Below, piece by piece: positions 29,223 to 38,827 of a DNA stretch of 64,000 nt. The notes under the pieces are model-generated. The model made no database searches, was not told the DNA's origin, and worked only from the letters and a program-made list of their open reading frames with translations. Each line of letters begins with the position of its first letter. Positions within the stretch are counted from its first letter, which is position 1. A program made the translations under genes and the position numbers. Source of the stretch: Alphaproteobacteria bacterium (GTDB lineage: Bacteria; Pseudomonadota; Alphaproteobacteria; UBA828); NCBI GenBank assembly GCA_965214705.1, contig CBDCCI010000001.1:160001-224000 (forward strand), written 5' to 3'.

Positions 29223-29283
29223 TTTGGCGGCGGGCGGGGGATCGTTTTTTATAGCCCGCAACAAGAACAACAGCGCATTTTTC

Positions 29284-29595
29284 ATGTCGGAGCTGAAGAA
29301 GGCGAGCGACCGGCTCGAGCAGGCCGTGGCGCGGCTGGACCAGGCGCTCGCAAATGGCGATTTAGCGACGCAGAGCGCGCACGCGCCGACGTTGGCAATC
29401 GAAATGGCCTCCGTCGAGCGCGAGCGGGATTCTCTACGCGCCGATCTCGAGTCCCTCCGGATAGAGCGGGCGCGGCTAACGCGGGCGCTCACGGAGGCCA
29501 CGGAACGCCAGGCGGCCACGCGGCAGACCAACGAAGCGGTGGCCGAGCGGCTCGACGACGCGATCGGCTCGCTCCGCGGGATCCTGGGAGTTTAG
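29284..29595 (+). CDS. Coiled-coil protein upstream of zapA (DUF4164/ZauP-like)
   Basis: MSELKKASDRLEQAVARLDQAL...VAERLDDAIGSLRGIL, heptad pattern; usual position before zapA in alphaproteobacteria. Confidence 0.72.
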   Translation: MSELKKASDRLEQAVARLDQALANGDLATQSAHAPTLAIEMASVERERDSLRADLESLRIERARLTRALTEATERQAATRQTNEAVAERLDDAIGSLRGILGV

Positions 29596-29603
29596 GCCGG
29601 GCG

Positions 29604-29957
29604 ATGGGCGAAGTTGCGGTCACCATCGGCGGGCGGCGCTACCCGGTCTCCTGCGACGACGGCCAGGAAGAACATGTCTCCAAGCTCGCGGCCTACGTCG
29701 ACAAGCGGGCGCAGGAGCTGGAGGAGACGGTGGGCCGGGTCGGCGAGGTTCGACTCCTGCTCATGGCCAGCCTGGTCGTCGCCGACGAATTGGCCGACGC
29801 CTACGACGAACTTGACCGGCTGCAATCGCAAGCGCGGATCGCCGAGCGCAGGGCCCGCGTGGATGCCGAGGCGGCGCTCGAGGCCAAGTTCGCGCCGCTT
29901 GTGGACGCGCTCGCCGAGCGGATCGAGAATATTGCCGGCCGTCTGGAGAAGGATTAG
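29604..29957 (+). CDS. zapA: Cell division protein ZapA
   Basis: V.VTIGGRRYPVSCDDGQEEH, RLLLMASLVVADEL. Confidence 0.92.
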   Translation: MGEVAVTIGGRRYPVSCDDGQEEHVSKLAAYVDKRAQELEETVGRVGEVRLLLMASLVVADELADAYDELDRLQSQARIAERRARVDAEAALEAKFAPLVDALAERIENIAGRLEKD

Positions 29958-29967
29958 ATTTCCTTTC

Positions 29968-30129
29968 GGACGGTTACTGCCGGATTAGTCGCACCGACTG
30001 TTTCCCGCGGTCAATTTTCGCTTCTCGGGAGCTGTCCCTGCTGGGGCCGCGGTCTCGGCAACACGGCGCCCACCTGGTCTCTTCGGCCTGGAGGAAGCTC
30101 TGGGTGCGACGGTTCAGGCGGGGCCGTCC
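29968..30129 (+). ncRNA. ssrS: 6S RNA
   Basis: Lies between zapA and ygfA; closing stems GGACGG/CCGTCC and GTCGCACC/GGTGCGAC; internal GGGAGCTGTCCCTG and ACGGCGCCCACCT motifs as I recall them for alphaproteobacterial 6S; ends approximate. Confidence 0.85.
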
Positions 30130-30153
30130 TTTTCCTTGTCGCGGGGGCCGGCT

Positions 30154-30753
30154 GTGTCTCAGAGCGCTGCTATCCATGACCGCAAGCAAGCGCTGCGCGA
30201 GTATGCGCTGGCGCGGCGGCGGTCCGCGCGGCGGGCGGCGGGGCCGGGCGCGGGCGTGCGGGCCGCTAACCATTACCTCGCCGCAGTTCCCACGCCTGCT
30301 GGCGCGGTGGTCTCCGGCTACTGGGCGATCCGGGACGAGATCGACGCCATGCCCCTGCTGGCGCGGCTCGTGGGCGCGGGCTTCGTCTGCTGCCTGCCCG
30401 CTGTGGTCGGCAAGGGCGAGGCGCTGCAGTTTCGCGTCTGGACGCCGGGCGCCGCGCTCTCGCGGGGGCCATTCCGCATTCCCGAACCGACGGAAGACGC
30501 CGCGCCTGCCCAGCCGACTCACTTGCTGGTGCCACTGCTCGCCTACGACCGGGACGGATACCGCCTGGGCTACGGCGGCGGCTACTACGACCGCTCGCTG
30601 CGCGCGCTACGCCAGACCCGCCCCATCATCGCCGTCGGCCTCGCCTATACCGAACAGCTCGTGCAGGGCCTGCCCCGCACCGAGCATGATGAGCCGCTGG
30701 ACTGGATTGTGACCGAGCGGGGCGCCATGCCGATCGCCCCGCGCGCGGCCTGA
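30154..30753 (+). CDS. ygfA: 5-formyltetrahydrofolate cyclo-ligase
   Basis: GYWAIRDEID, LLVPLLAYDRDGYRLGYGGGYYDR, HDEPLDWIVTE. Confidence 0.93.
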   Translation: MSQSAAIHDRKQALREYALARRRSARRAAGPGAGVRAANHYLAAVPTPAGAVVSGYWAIRDEIDAMPLLARLVGAGFVCCLPAVVGKGEALQFRVWTPGAALSRGPFRIPEPTEDAAPAQPTHLLVPLLAYDRDGYRLGYGGGYYDRSLRALRQTRPIIAVGLAYTEQLVQGLPRTEHDEPLDWIVTERGAMPIAPRAA

Positions 30754-30778
30754 TCGCGGGCGCGAGGGGATCGGGACG

Positions 30779-31591
30779 ATGCGTATCCTGTTCTGTGGCG
30801 ATGTCGTGGGCCGCCCCGGCCGCGACATCCTGACGGAACACCTGCCGGGCCTGCGTGAGGAGCTCGCCCTCGACCTGGTGATCGTGAACGGCGAGAACGC
30901 CGCCGGCGGCTTCGGCATCACTGCCGATATCTGCAAGTCACTCTATCAGGTGGGCGCCGACGTGATCACCTTGGGCAACCACGCCTGGGACCAGCGCGGG
31001 ACCGAGAGCTACATCGAGACCGACCGGCGCCTAGTCCGCGCCCGCAACTACCCGAAGGGCACGCCGGGGAGCGCCGGCGCGCTGCTGCACACGCGCGACG
31101 GCCGCTCGGTGTTCGTCTTCCAGGTGCTCACCCAGCTCTTCATGGACCCAATCGGCGAGCCTTTCGCCTGCGTCGAGGAGACGCTGCAGGAGCACCGCCT
31201 CGGGCAGTCGGTAGACGCGATCGTGCTCGACATCCACGGCGAGGCGACGGCCGAAAAGCAGGCGCTCGGGTACCTCGCCGACGGCCGGCTGTCGCTGGCA
31301 GTGGGCACCCACACTCACGTGCCGACCGCAGATCACCGCATCCTGCCCAAGGGGACGGCCTACATCTCGGACGTCGGCATGTGCGGCAGCTACGAATCCA
31401 TCATTGGGCTCGCCGTCGATGCCCCCCTCGCCCGCTTCACGCGAAAACGCCCCGGCCCCCGCGCAACGCCCGCCGATGGCGAGGCCACCCTCTGCGCCGT
31501 CCTGGTCGAGACCGACGACGACACCGGCCTCGCCCGCCATGTCGGCGTGCTGCGCCGCGGCGGCGTGCTTCACCCCTCCTCGCCTGTGTGA
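30779..31591 (+). CDS. YmdB-like (TIGR00282) metallophosphoesterase
   Basis: GDVVGRPGR, NGENAAGGFG, TLGNHAWD, HGEATAEK, GTHTHVPTAD, DVGMCG. Confidence 0.93.
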   Translation: MRILFCGDVVGRPGRDILTEHLPGLREELALDLVIVNGENAAGGFGITADICKSLYQVGADVITLGNHAWDQRGTESYIETDRRLVRARNYPKGTPGSAGALLHTRDGRSVFVFQVLTQLFMDPIGEPFACVEETLQEHRLGQSVDAIVLDIHGEATAEKQALGYLADGRLSLAVGTHTHVPTADHRILPKGTAYISDVGMCGSYESIIGLAVDAPLARFTRKRPGPRATPADGEATLCAVLVETDDDTGLARHVGVLRRGGVLHPSSPV

Positions 31592-31604
31592 GAAGAGGCG
31601 GGCG

Positions 31605-32699
31605 CTAGCCGGCGCTCGCCCTCTGCATGGGCGCAGGCTGGGCCGCGAAGTGAGGCACCACGTCGCGGGCGAAGCGCTCCCACATCTCGTGGCGGTAGGC
31701 GCGCGGCATGCCGTAGGTCACGTTCTGCAGGATGAAGTGGTCGAACCCCAGGTCGACATAGGCCTGCAGTCGTTCGCACACGGTCTCGGCCCGGCCAACG
31801 AGCTGAAGGTCGAGCCACGGCCCCAGATTGTCGGGATTGGTCAGCTTCTTGGAGGTGGCCATGAACTTGCTGAAGGCCTTGAATTCCTCTAGCTCCTTCC
31901 AGGGGTCGGCGTCGGCCTCGTAATGCTCGACCACCTTCACGAAATAGCGCGAGAGATGCTCCTTGGCGAGCGCGTCCGCCTCTTCGTCGGTGTCCGCCAG
32001 CACCGCGTGAATCAGGATCGGCCGGGAGACGTCGGTGGAGCCGCCGCGTTGGCGGGTCTCCTCGTCCCAGCGGGCGAAGTCGTTGCTGTGGAAGTGCATC
32101 GGGAAGTTCGAGACCCGAATCATGGGCAGGTCGAGGTCGGCCATGATGCCGGCGCTTTCGGGACTGCTGGTCGCGCCGTAGAGGTTGATGCGCTCCTGCA
32201 CGGACTTCGGCCTGAGCTGGATCGGCCGCTCGATGTTGAAGAACTCGCCGTCGTAGGTGAAGGTCCCGCCGGCGAGCGCCTTGCCGATGACCTCGCGGCA
32301 CTCGCGGAAGCGCGCGCGGGTCTCGGTCATGGAAACGCCGAAGGCATCGTATTCGAGGCGCGCGAGCCCGCGCCCGAAGCCGATATGCAGCGTACCCCGG
32401 CTCAGCTGGCTCAGCATGGCGATCTCGCCGGCGAGCCGGAGCGGGCTGTACCAGGGCAGCACCAGGACGCAGGTGCCGAGGTCCATGTCGGGATAGCGCC
32501 CGGCGAGATGGGACAGCATCACCAGCGGGCTCGGCGTCGGGAAGTAATCCGAGAAGTGGTGCTCGATCACCCAGAACGCGTCGTAGCCGAGCCCCGCGAC
32601 ATGGTCCGCGTCGACCAGAGCTTCGACGTACTGATCCGCATCGGACGCGCCGGGCTCGCCGACCGCCGAAATGACCGTTCCGAACTTGATCTCACTCAT
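31605..32699 (-). CDS. Luciferase-like (LLM class) flavin-dependent monooxygenase
   Basis: GYDAFWVIEHHF, PSPLVML, PLRLAGEIAML, GFGRG..EY..FG, LVG..ETV.ERL. Confidence 0.88.
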   Translation of the reverse strand: MSEIKFGTVISAVGEPGASDADQYVEALVDADHVAGLGYDAFWVIEHHFSDYFPTPSPLVMLSHLAGRYPDMDLGTCVLVLPWYSPLRLAGEIAMLSQLSRGTLHIGFGRGLARLEYDAFGVSMTETRARFRECREVIGKALAGGTFTYDGEFFNIERPIQLRPKSVQERINLYGATSSPESAGIMADLDLPMIRVSNFPMHFHSNDFARWDEETRQRGGSTDVSRPILIHAVLADTDEEADALAKEHLSRYFVKVVEHYEADADPWKELEEFKAFSKFMATSKKLTNPDNLGPWLDLQLVGRAETVCERLQAYVDLGFDHFILQNVTYGMPRAYRHEMWERFARDVVPHFAAQPAPMQRASAG

Positions 32700-32735
32700 G
32701 GCAACCCTTCCCCGCCCGCAACGTTACATGCCCCG

Positions 32736-32774
32736 ATCCTAGCCGGAAGGCGGAAATAAAACAAACGTTTGGTT
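32736..32774 (-). promoter_or_regulatory. Putative promoter of the LLM gene with an overlapping palindromic operator
   Basis: Minus strand TTGTTT-17 bp-TAGGAT; palindrome AA-A-CAAACGTTTG-G-TT at 32759-32774 covers the -35. Confidence 0.5.
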
Positions 32775-32806
32775 GGGCACTGGAGGACGGGACGGAAAGT
32801 TGGGGG

Positions 32807-34390
32807 CTAACTTCCCTCGCGCAGCTTGTAGCGCTGGATCTTGCCGGTCGCGGTCTTGGGCAACGCGTCGACGTAGCGGAGCCAACGCGGATACTTGTAG
32901 CGCGCCAGCGCCGCCTTGCAGTGGGCCACCAACGCCTCGCTCAGGCCTTCGCTCTCAGTCTGCTCCTCGGCAAGCACGACCCAGGCTTCGGGTTTGATCA
33001 GCCCGTCGTCGTCAGCGCGGCCCACGACGGCGGCTTCCAGCACCGCCGGATGGGCCATCAGGCGGGCCTCGATCTCGACAGGCGAGACCCAGATGCCGCC
33101 GACCTTGAGCATGTCGTCGGAGCGCCCGCAGCAGACGTAACAGCCGTTCGTATCGATAAGGTAGGTATCGCCGGTTCTGAGCCACTCGCCCTCGAAGGCC
33201 GCCGCCGTGCGCGCGGGCTCGCCCCAGTACTCGGCGATGAGGGACCGCCCGCGGATTAGCAGGTTGCCGGTCTCGCCCGGCGCCACGTCGCGGCCGTCAT
33301 CGTCCACGAGGCGCGCCTCATAGCCGGGCACGGGCGTCCCACTCGTTCCCGGCACCACCGCACCGGGGCGGTTGGAGATGAAGATGTGCAGGATCTCAGT
33401 CGTGCCGATCCCGTCCACGATGTCGAGCCCGGTGGCGGCTTGCCAGCGCTCGAGGATCGGCGCCGGCAGCGGTTCGCCCGCAGAGACGCAGAGACGCAGA
33501 CCGGAGAGGTCCGGCGACGCGCTCTCCAGCGCTTGCAGCTGCGCGGCGTAAAGCGTCGGCACGCCGTAGTAGATCGTCGGCCGGAATGCTTCGATGGTGG
33601 CAAACGTGGTCTCTGGCGTCGGCCGGGCACCGAGGAGCACCGCCGTGCCGCCGGTCCAGAGCGGAAACGTCATGGCGTTGCCGAGCCCGTAGGCAAAGAA
33701 CAGCTTGGCGGCGGAGAAGTGGCTATCGTCGGCCGTGATGCCGAGCGTATCCACTCCGAAATACTGGCTGGTCACCACCATGTCGCGGTGGCGGTGCACG
33801 CCGCCCTTGGGCGTGCCGGTCGAGCCCGACGTGCAGAGCCAGAAGGCCGGATCGTCGGCGGCAGTCGGCGCCGGCGGCAACGCATCCGACGCTGCCGCGA
33901 GGCGGTCCGCGAAGCTGTTGCTCTCCCCTTCCGTGGGCAGCGCGTGCGCCGGCCGGTGCGCGGCCTCGGCCAGCACTGGCTCGACCTCGCCGGCGAACTC
34001 CGGCGACCAGACCACACAGGCCGCGCGCGAATTCTCGATGACGAAACGATAGTCGGCCGCGCGCAGCAGCGTGTTGAGCGGGACCGGCACGAACCCCGCC
34101 TTGATCGCGCCCCAGAAGATGTAGAAGAACGCGGGGCAGTCCTTCACCACCATCAGCACGCGGTCGCCGCGGCCGAGCCCCAGCGCGGCGAGCGCGTTTC
34201 CCGCCCGGTTCACATTGGCGGCAAGCTCGGCATAGGTCACGTCGCCCTGCGCATCGCGGATCGCCACCTTGGCGCCGCGCCCCTCGGCGACGTGCCGGTC
34301 GATGAACGGCACCGCGACGTTGAAGACCTCTGCGAAGGTCAGCGCCGTCGGCGACTGTGTCGCATCGACCGCGACAGTGTGATCGTCCAT
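32807..34390 (-). CDS. Benzoate-CoA ligase family aryl-CoA ligase
   Basis: FWLCTSGSTGTPKG, AAKLFFAYGLGN, SAGEPLP, DGIGTTEILHIFISN, GRSDDMLKVGGIWVSP, PKTATGKIQR. Confidence 0.9.
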   Translation of the reverse strand: MDDHTVAVDATQSPTALTFAEVFNVAVPFIDRHVAEGRGAKVAIRDAQGDVTYAELAANVNRAGNALAALGLGRGDRVLMVVKDCPAFFYIFWGAIKAGFVPVPLNTLLRAADYRFVIENSRAACVVWSPEFAGEVEPVLAEAAHRPAHALPTEGESNSFADRLAAASDALPPAPTAADDPAFWLCTSGSTGTPKGGVHRHRDMVVTSQYFGVDTLGITADDSHFSAAKLFFAYGLGNAMTFPLWTGGTAVLLGARPTPETTFATIEAFRPTIYYGVPTLYAAQLQALESASPDLSGLRLCVSAGEPLPAPILERWQAATGLDIVDGIGTTEILHIFISNRPGAVVPGTSGTPVPGYEARLVDDDGRDVAPGETGNLLIRGRSLIAEYWGEPARTAAAFEGEWLRTGDTYLIDTNGCYVCCGRSDDMLKVGGIWVSPVEIEARLMAHPAVLEAAVVGRADDDGLIKPEAWVVLAEEQTESEGLSEALVAHCKAALARYKYPRWLRYVDALPKTATGKIQRYKLREGS

Positions 34391-34554
34391 GCCGGTTCCC
34401 TGCCTAGCCCGTGCCCTTCCCGGTCCTCCACCGGATTCGCCTGCGCGGAACGACGCAACCGGGGTACCCTATGCCCAAACGCCGGGGCCCGCAGTCTCGA
34501 ATTTCGGGGAGGCGCGCGTGCAAATCGAGCGGGCGCGAGGATCGTAAGGAGGCG

Positions 34555-36150
34555 ATGGTGACGTGGGACTACATCGTCGCGGGCGCGGGGACGACCGGCA
34601 GCGTCGTCGCCAACCGCCTGACGGAGGACGAGCGCAGCCGCGTGCTGGTGCTGGAGGCCGGCGGCTCGGACCGGAGCATCGCCGTCTCGATGCCCGCCGC
34701 TGGGCTCGTCCTGGCGTTGTCCAATCCACGCTACGACTGGGGCTTCAAGGCCGAGCCCGATCCGACGCGCGACGGGCGCGAGGACTATATGCCGCGCGGC
34801 AAGGTGCTGGGCGGCACCAGCGCGATCAACGGCATGTCCTACCTGCGAGGGCAACCGGAGGACTACGACGGCTGGGCCGCACTCGGCTGCGAAGGCTGGG
34901 ATTTCGAGAGCGTGCTGCCCAACTTCAAGCGCTCGGAAAACAACGAGAACGGCGCCGATGCCTATCACGGCTCGGGCGGCCCGCTCTCCGTCTCAAACAT
35001 CCGCACCCTGCACCCGCTCTCGCACGACTATCTTCAGGCCTGCGTTAACCTGGGCATCAAGCGCGTGGCCGATGTTAACACGCCGCCGCAGGCTGGGGTC
35101 GGCTTCGTGCCCGCCACCCAGCGTAGGGGGCGACGGCACAGCACCGGGCGCGCTTACCTCAGGCCAGCGATGCGGCGGCGGAACCTGCGGGTGCTGACTC
35201 ACGCCCACATCCGGCGCGTGCTGTTCGACGGCAAACGCGCGACCGGAGTGGAATACACGCGCCGGGACCGCACCGAGCGAGCGGAGGCGGCGCGCGCGGT
35301 GATCGTGTGCGCCGGCACCTATGCCTCGCCGCAGCTCCTCATGCTCTCCGGCGTGGGCCCAGCGGTGCGCTTGCGCGAGCTCGACATTCCGGTGGTTCAC
35401 GACCTGCCGGGTGTGGGCGAGAACCTGCAGGACCATCCCGGCCTTGCGCAGACCTGCTTTGCCAGCGTGCCGACCTACAACACGCTCATGGGACCCATCG
35501 GCGGACTGATCTACGGTGCGCAGTGGTTGTTCGCGGGCTCCGGCCCGGCGTCCACGCCCCACTCTCAAGTCACCGCCTTCCTGCGCCACGACATGAGCGG
35601 GGGCCGCTCCGACCTGCAATACATGTTCACGCCCGCCGGCTACGATCTGTCGGCGGACGGGCCCGTGCTCTTCGACCGGCCTGCGGTCACGGGCCTCATC
35701 AACCTGCTCAGGCCCTTCTCCCGGGGGCGGGTCGGGCTCCGCTCTGCAGACCCGCTCGTGCATTCGACAATTCAGCCCAACCTCTTCGCCGATGAACGCG
35801 ACCTCGCGCTGCTGCTCGCCGGCGCCAAGCTGCAGCGCAAACTGTTCCGGACCGAGCCGCTTGCCCGCTCCATCGCCGGCGACTACCGCCCGTCGAGCGA
35901 CGTGCAGACCGACGACGAGTGGCGGGCCTACCTGCGCGAGAACTCGCTCAGCGGATACCACCCGGTCGGCACCTGCAAGATGGGCCAGGACGATCAGGCG
36001 GTGGTCGACCACCGCCTGCGCGTGCGGGGCGTTGAGAACCTCCATGTCGCGGACGCGTCGATCATGCCGACCATCGTCAGCGGCAATCCGCTGGCGACCT
36101 GCGTCATGATCGGCGAGAAGCTGGCCGAGATGATCCGCAGCTCAGCCTGA
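34555..36150 (+). CDS. GMC family flavoprotein oxidoreductase
   Basis: GAGTTG, RGKVLGGTSAINGM, NLQDH, YHPVGTCKMG, VADASIMP; ATG at 34555 after AGGAGG. Confidence 0.92.
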   Translation: MVTWDYIVAGAGTTGSVVANRLTEDERSRVLVLEAGGSDRSIAVSMPAAGLVLALSNPRYDWGFKAEPDPTRDGREDYMPRGKVLGGTSAINGMSYLRGQPEDYDGWAALGCEGWDFESVLPNFKRSENNENGADAYHGSGGPLSVSNIRTLHPLSHDYLQACVNLGIKRVADVNTPPQAGVGFVPATQRRGRRHSTGRAYLRPAMRRRNLRVLTHAHIRRVLFDGKRATGVEYTRRDRTERAEAARAVIVCAGTYASPQLLMLSGVGPAVRLRELDIPVVHDLPGVGENLQDHPGLAQTCFASVPTYNTLMGPIGGLIYGAQWLFAGSGPASTPHSQVTAFLRHDMSGGRSDLQYMFTPAGYDLSADGPVLFDRPAVTGLINLLRPFSRGRVGLRSADPLVHSTIQPNLFADERDLALLLAGAKLQRKLFRTEPLARSIAGDYRPSSDVQTDDEWRAYLRENSLSGYHPVGTCKMGQDDQAVVDHRLRVRGVENLHVADASIMPTIVSGNPLATCVMIGEKLAEMIRSSA

Positions 36151-36975
36151 GGGCGCGGTGCGCTCCAGCCAAGCATTCGCGGCGTCCTCCATCGTCATGA
36201 AGACCGCGCCCAGCCCCTGCAATGCCTCGATCAGGCGCTCCAGCATCATCATGCGGTGGCCGCGGCCGATCACGAGCGGGTGGCAGGTGTAGGTGAGCAC
36301 GCCCCATTCCATCGTGCGGGTCATGTAGTTGAAGTCGTCCACCCAGTTCTGCAGCACGCCGCCGGCCGGCATCAGGCCCTGGATGCGGTAGCGCTGGTTC
36401 TGCACGAACTCGAAGTGCGGGTAGTCGTCCAACGTCCAGCTGATCGGCATCTCGACCAGGCTGGTCTCGGGCCCGAACTGCATGGGTTCCTCGAGCGCGA
36501 TCACGTCGCCCGTGCGCGCGAAATACGGGGTGTAGTCGTTCCCCATCATGCTGCTCTCGTAGAGGAAGCCGCGCGAAACCAGGAGATCGACCGTGTTCTC
36601 GCTCAGGTCCCAGGCCGGTGAGCGGTAGCCTCTGGGTTTCAGCCCGCAGAGCTTGACGATGGCATCGGTGCCGCGCTGGAGCCCCGCCTCCTCCTCGTCG
36701 CGCGACATGGTGACCGGCGTCATGTGGGTCCAGCCGTGATGACCGATCTCGTGCCCCGCCACCGCGACGCGAACCGACATCTCAGGATAGGTCTCGATGG
36801 TGTGGCCGGGGATGAACCAGGTCGCCCGGATGTCGTGCCGCTTGAGCAAGGCCAGGATGCGCTCCGTGCCGACCAGGCCGAACTCGCCCCGGCTGATCGG
36901 CGTTGGCGAGCGCATGCCTTGAGCGATGACGCCCGAGACGGCATCGAAGTCGAAGGTCAGGCAGGCGATGTGCAT
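36142..36975 (-). CDS. CE4 polysaccharide deacetylase-fold hydrolase (PuuE/HP0310-like)
   Basis: LTFDFDA, ATWFIPG, HEIGHHGWTH, GYRSPAW, LDDYPHF, TCHP.VIGR. Confidence 0.85.
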   Translation of the reverse strand: MHIACLTFDFDAVSGVIAQGMRSPTPISRGEFGLVGTERILALLKRHDIRATWFIPGHTIETYPEMSVRVAVAGHEIGHHGWTHMTPVTMSRDEEEAGLQRGTDAIVKLCGLKPRGYRSPAWDLSENTVDLLVSRGFLYESSMMGNDYTPYFARTGDVIALEEPMQFGPETSLVEMPISWTLDDYPHFEFVQNQRYRIQGLMPAGGVLQNWVDDFNYMTRTMEWGVLTYTCHPLVIGRGHRMMMLERLIEALQGLGAVFMTMEDAANAWLERTAPSG

Positions 36976-37189
36976 GTCCGTCACCCTTGGCAAAGTCGCG
37001 CGCCTGCGGCGCCCCGCCATCGTACATCGGTTGGGCATAACATGATCGCCGTATCGGCGCTTGTGGGTGCGAGCGCCGCGGCCTGTCGGGGCGTCGGCGG
37101 CGCCGGCGTTCTGGGGTATTCTCCGCTCTCCCGCACACGAGCCGGCCCGAAAGCCGGCGGACTTCAGGACGAACGGCGAGGAGGGAGGC

Positions 37190-37870
37190 ATGGCGGACAG
37201 GGCCGATTGGGCATTTCCGGGCGAGGCGGAAATCCTCGAGCGCGCAGCCGATCAATACGAAGCGTCCAACCCCGACTTTCCCATCGATCCGGGCAAGACG
37301 GCGCTGCTCGTGATCGATCTTCAGGAAGGATTCGTCGCCGAGGGCGCGCGCATGTGGACCCCGGAAAACCTGCGGATCCTGCCCCGCGTCAAGGCGCTGA
37401 TCGAGCGCTGCCGCACCCTCGGCATCCCCGTCATCTTCACCGAGCACGCCCACGACGCCACGGGCCGGGACAAGGGATTGATGTGGGATGTGCCGCTCAA
37501 CCGGCCGATCAGGGACGGCGCGCTCCGGATCGGCGCCGAAGACGTGCCTACCTACCACGAGATCGCGCCGGAGCCGGGCGAGAAGGTCATCCAGAAGCAC
37601 CGCTACAGCGCCTTCTTCGATACGGACCTGCACACCTATCTGCGCGGCTGCAACGTGGACACGGTGATCATCACGGGCTGCATGACCAATTACTGCTGCG
37701 GCGCGACGGCCCGGGACGCCTTCTTTCGCGACTACAAGGTCATCTTCGGCAGTGACGTGACCGCGACCGACAACCGGGAGCTGCACGAGGCGGAGCTGAA
37801 GACGCTCCGGCGTGGCTACGCGCGAGTCGTCCCGGCCGACGAGATCCTCGGCGAGATCGGCGAGTCCTGA
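37190..37870 (+). CDS. Isochorismatase-family cysteine hydrolase
   Basis: Triad motifs VIDLQEGF (D), IQKHRYSAF (K), GCMTNYCCGATARDAF (C); GGAGG RBS. Confidence 0.9.
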   Translation: MADRADWAFPGEAEILERAADQYEASNPDFPIDPGKTALLVIDLQEGFVAEGARMWTPENLRILPRVKALIERCRTLGIPVIFTEHAHDATGRDKGLMWDVPLNRPIRDGALRIGAEDVPTYHEIAPEPGEKVIQKHRYSAFFDTDLHTYLRGCNVDTVIITGCMTNYCCGATARDAFFRDYKVIFGSDVTATDNRELHEAELKTLRRGYARVVPADEILGEIGES

Positions 37871-37940
37871 GCGCTACGGTTACGAACGAGAGCACGGTGG
37901 CCTCTCGCCACCCTGTCGGCGCGGGCGGATCGAGTACGCA

Positions 37941-38816
37941 ATGATCGCCGGCTCGGCGCTCATGGGCGCAGGCGCCGCCGCGAGCTGGGGCGTCGGCGAC
38001 TTCACCGCCCGCTTCCTGGGCCGCGCGATCGGCGTGCCGCAGGGGCTGTTCGGCATGATGCTGGTCGGCAGCCTCGCAGTCGGGCTCTACATCGTGGTGA
38101 GCGGCGAGACGCTGGTCTGGGAGCTTTCGGGTCTCTGGCTCCTGGCCCTTAACGGCGTCGCCACCATGCTCGCGACGCTCATGCTGTTCGAGGCGCTGAC
38201 CCGCGGCCCGGTCTCGCTCGGCTCGCCCATGGTCTCCAGCTACCCGGCGTTCGCGGTGCCGATCACGGTTGTCTTCGGTGCCCGACCGGAGATCATCCAC
38301 TGGATCGCGATGGCAGCCACGATCGGTGGGGTCTGGCTGGTGGCGCTCGCGGTCTCGCGCGTTGACGGCGGCGACAAGCCGGAATACGCACCGGCGGTGA
38401 TACGGCGCGCCGCTCTGATGGCGCTCGGCTCGGCGATGCTCTTCGCCGTCGCCCTGCTCGCCGCCGACGAGGCGATCGAGCGCTACGGCCTCCCGCTCAC
38501 GCTGCTCTCGGGACGGATTGTCGGCGCTGTCGCGCTCGGGGTGGGCTTCCTGGTCATGCGCAGGCTGCCGCATATGCCGCTCCGCGCATGGCCGCTGATT
38601 CTCTTTATCGCGCTCGTGGATACCCTCGGCTACGTCTTCGTCTACGCCGGGCTCGCGCTGGAGAACGGGGAGTTCGCCATCGTCACGAGCTCGGCCTATT
38701 CGGTGGTGACGATCATTCTGGCGCGGATCTTCCTGCGTGAGCCGGTGGTGCCGCTCCAGTGGCTGGGCGTCGCCATCGTCATCGCCGGCATCGGCACGCT
38801 GTCCGCCACCGGCTAA
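37941..38816 (+). CDS. EamA/DMT family transporter
   Basis: About 10 hydrophobic segments; WGVGDF, GPVSLGSP, ILARIFLRE..QWLG. Confidence 0.85.
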   Translation: MIAGSALMGAGAAASWGVGDFTARFLGRAIGVPQGLFGMMLVGSLAVGLYIVVSGETLVWELSGLWLLALNGVATMLATLMLFEALTRGPVSLGSPMVSSYPAFAVPITVVFGARPEIIHWIAMAATIGGVWLVALAVSRVDGGDKPEYAPAVIRRAALMALGSAMLFAVALLAADEAIERYGLPLTLLSGRIVGAVALGVGFLVMRRLPHMPLRAWPLILFIALVDTLGYVFVYAGLALENGEFAIVTSSAYSVVTIILARIFLREPVVPLQWLGVAIVIAGIGTLSATG

Positions 38817-38827
38817 CTCAGATGACT

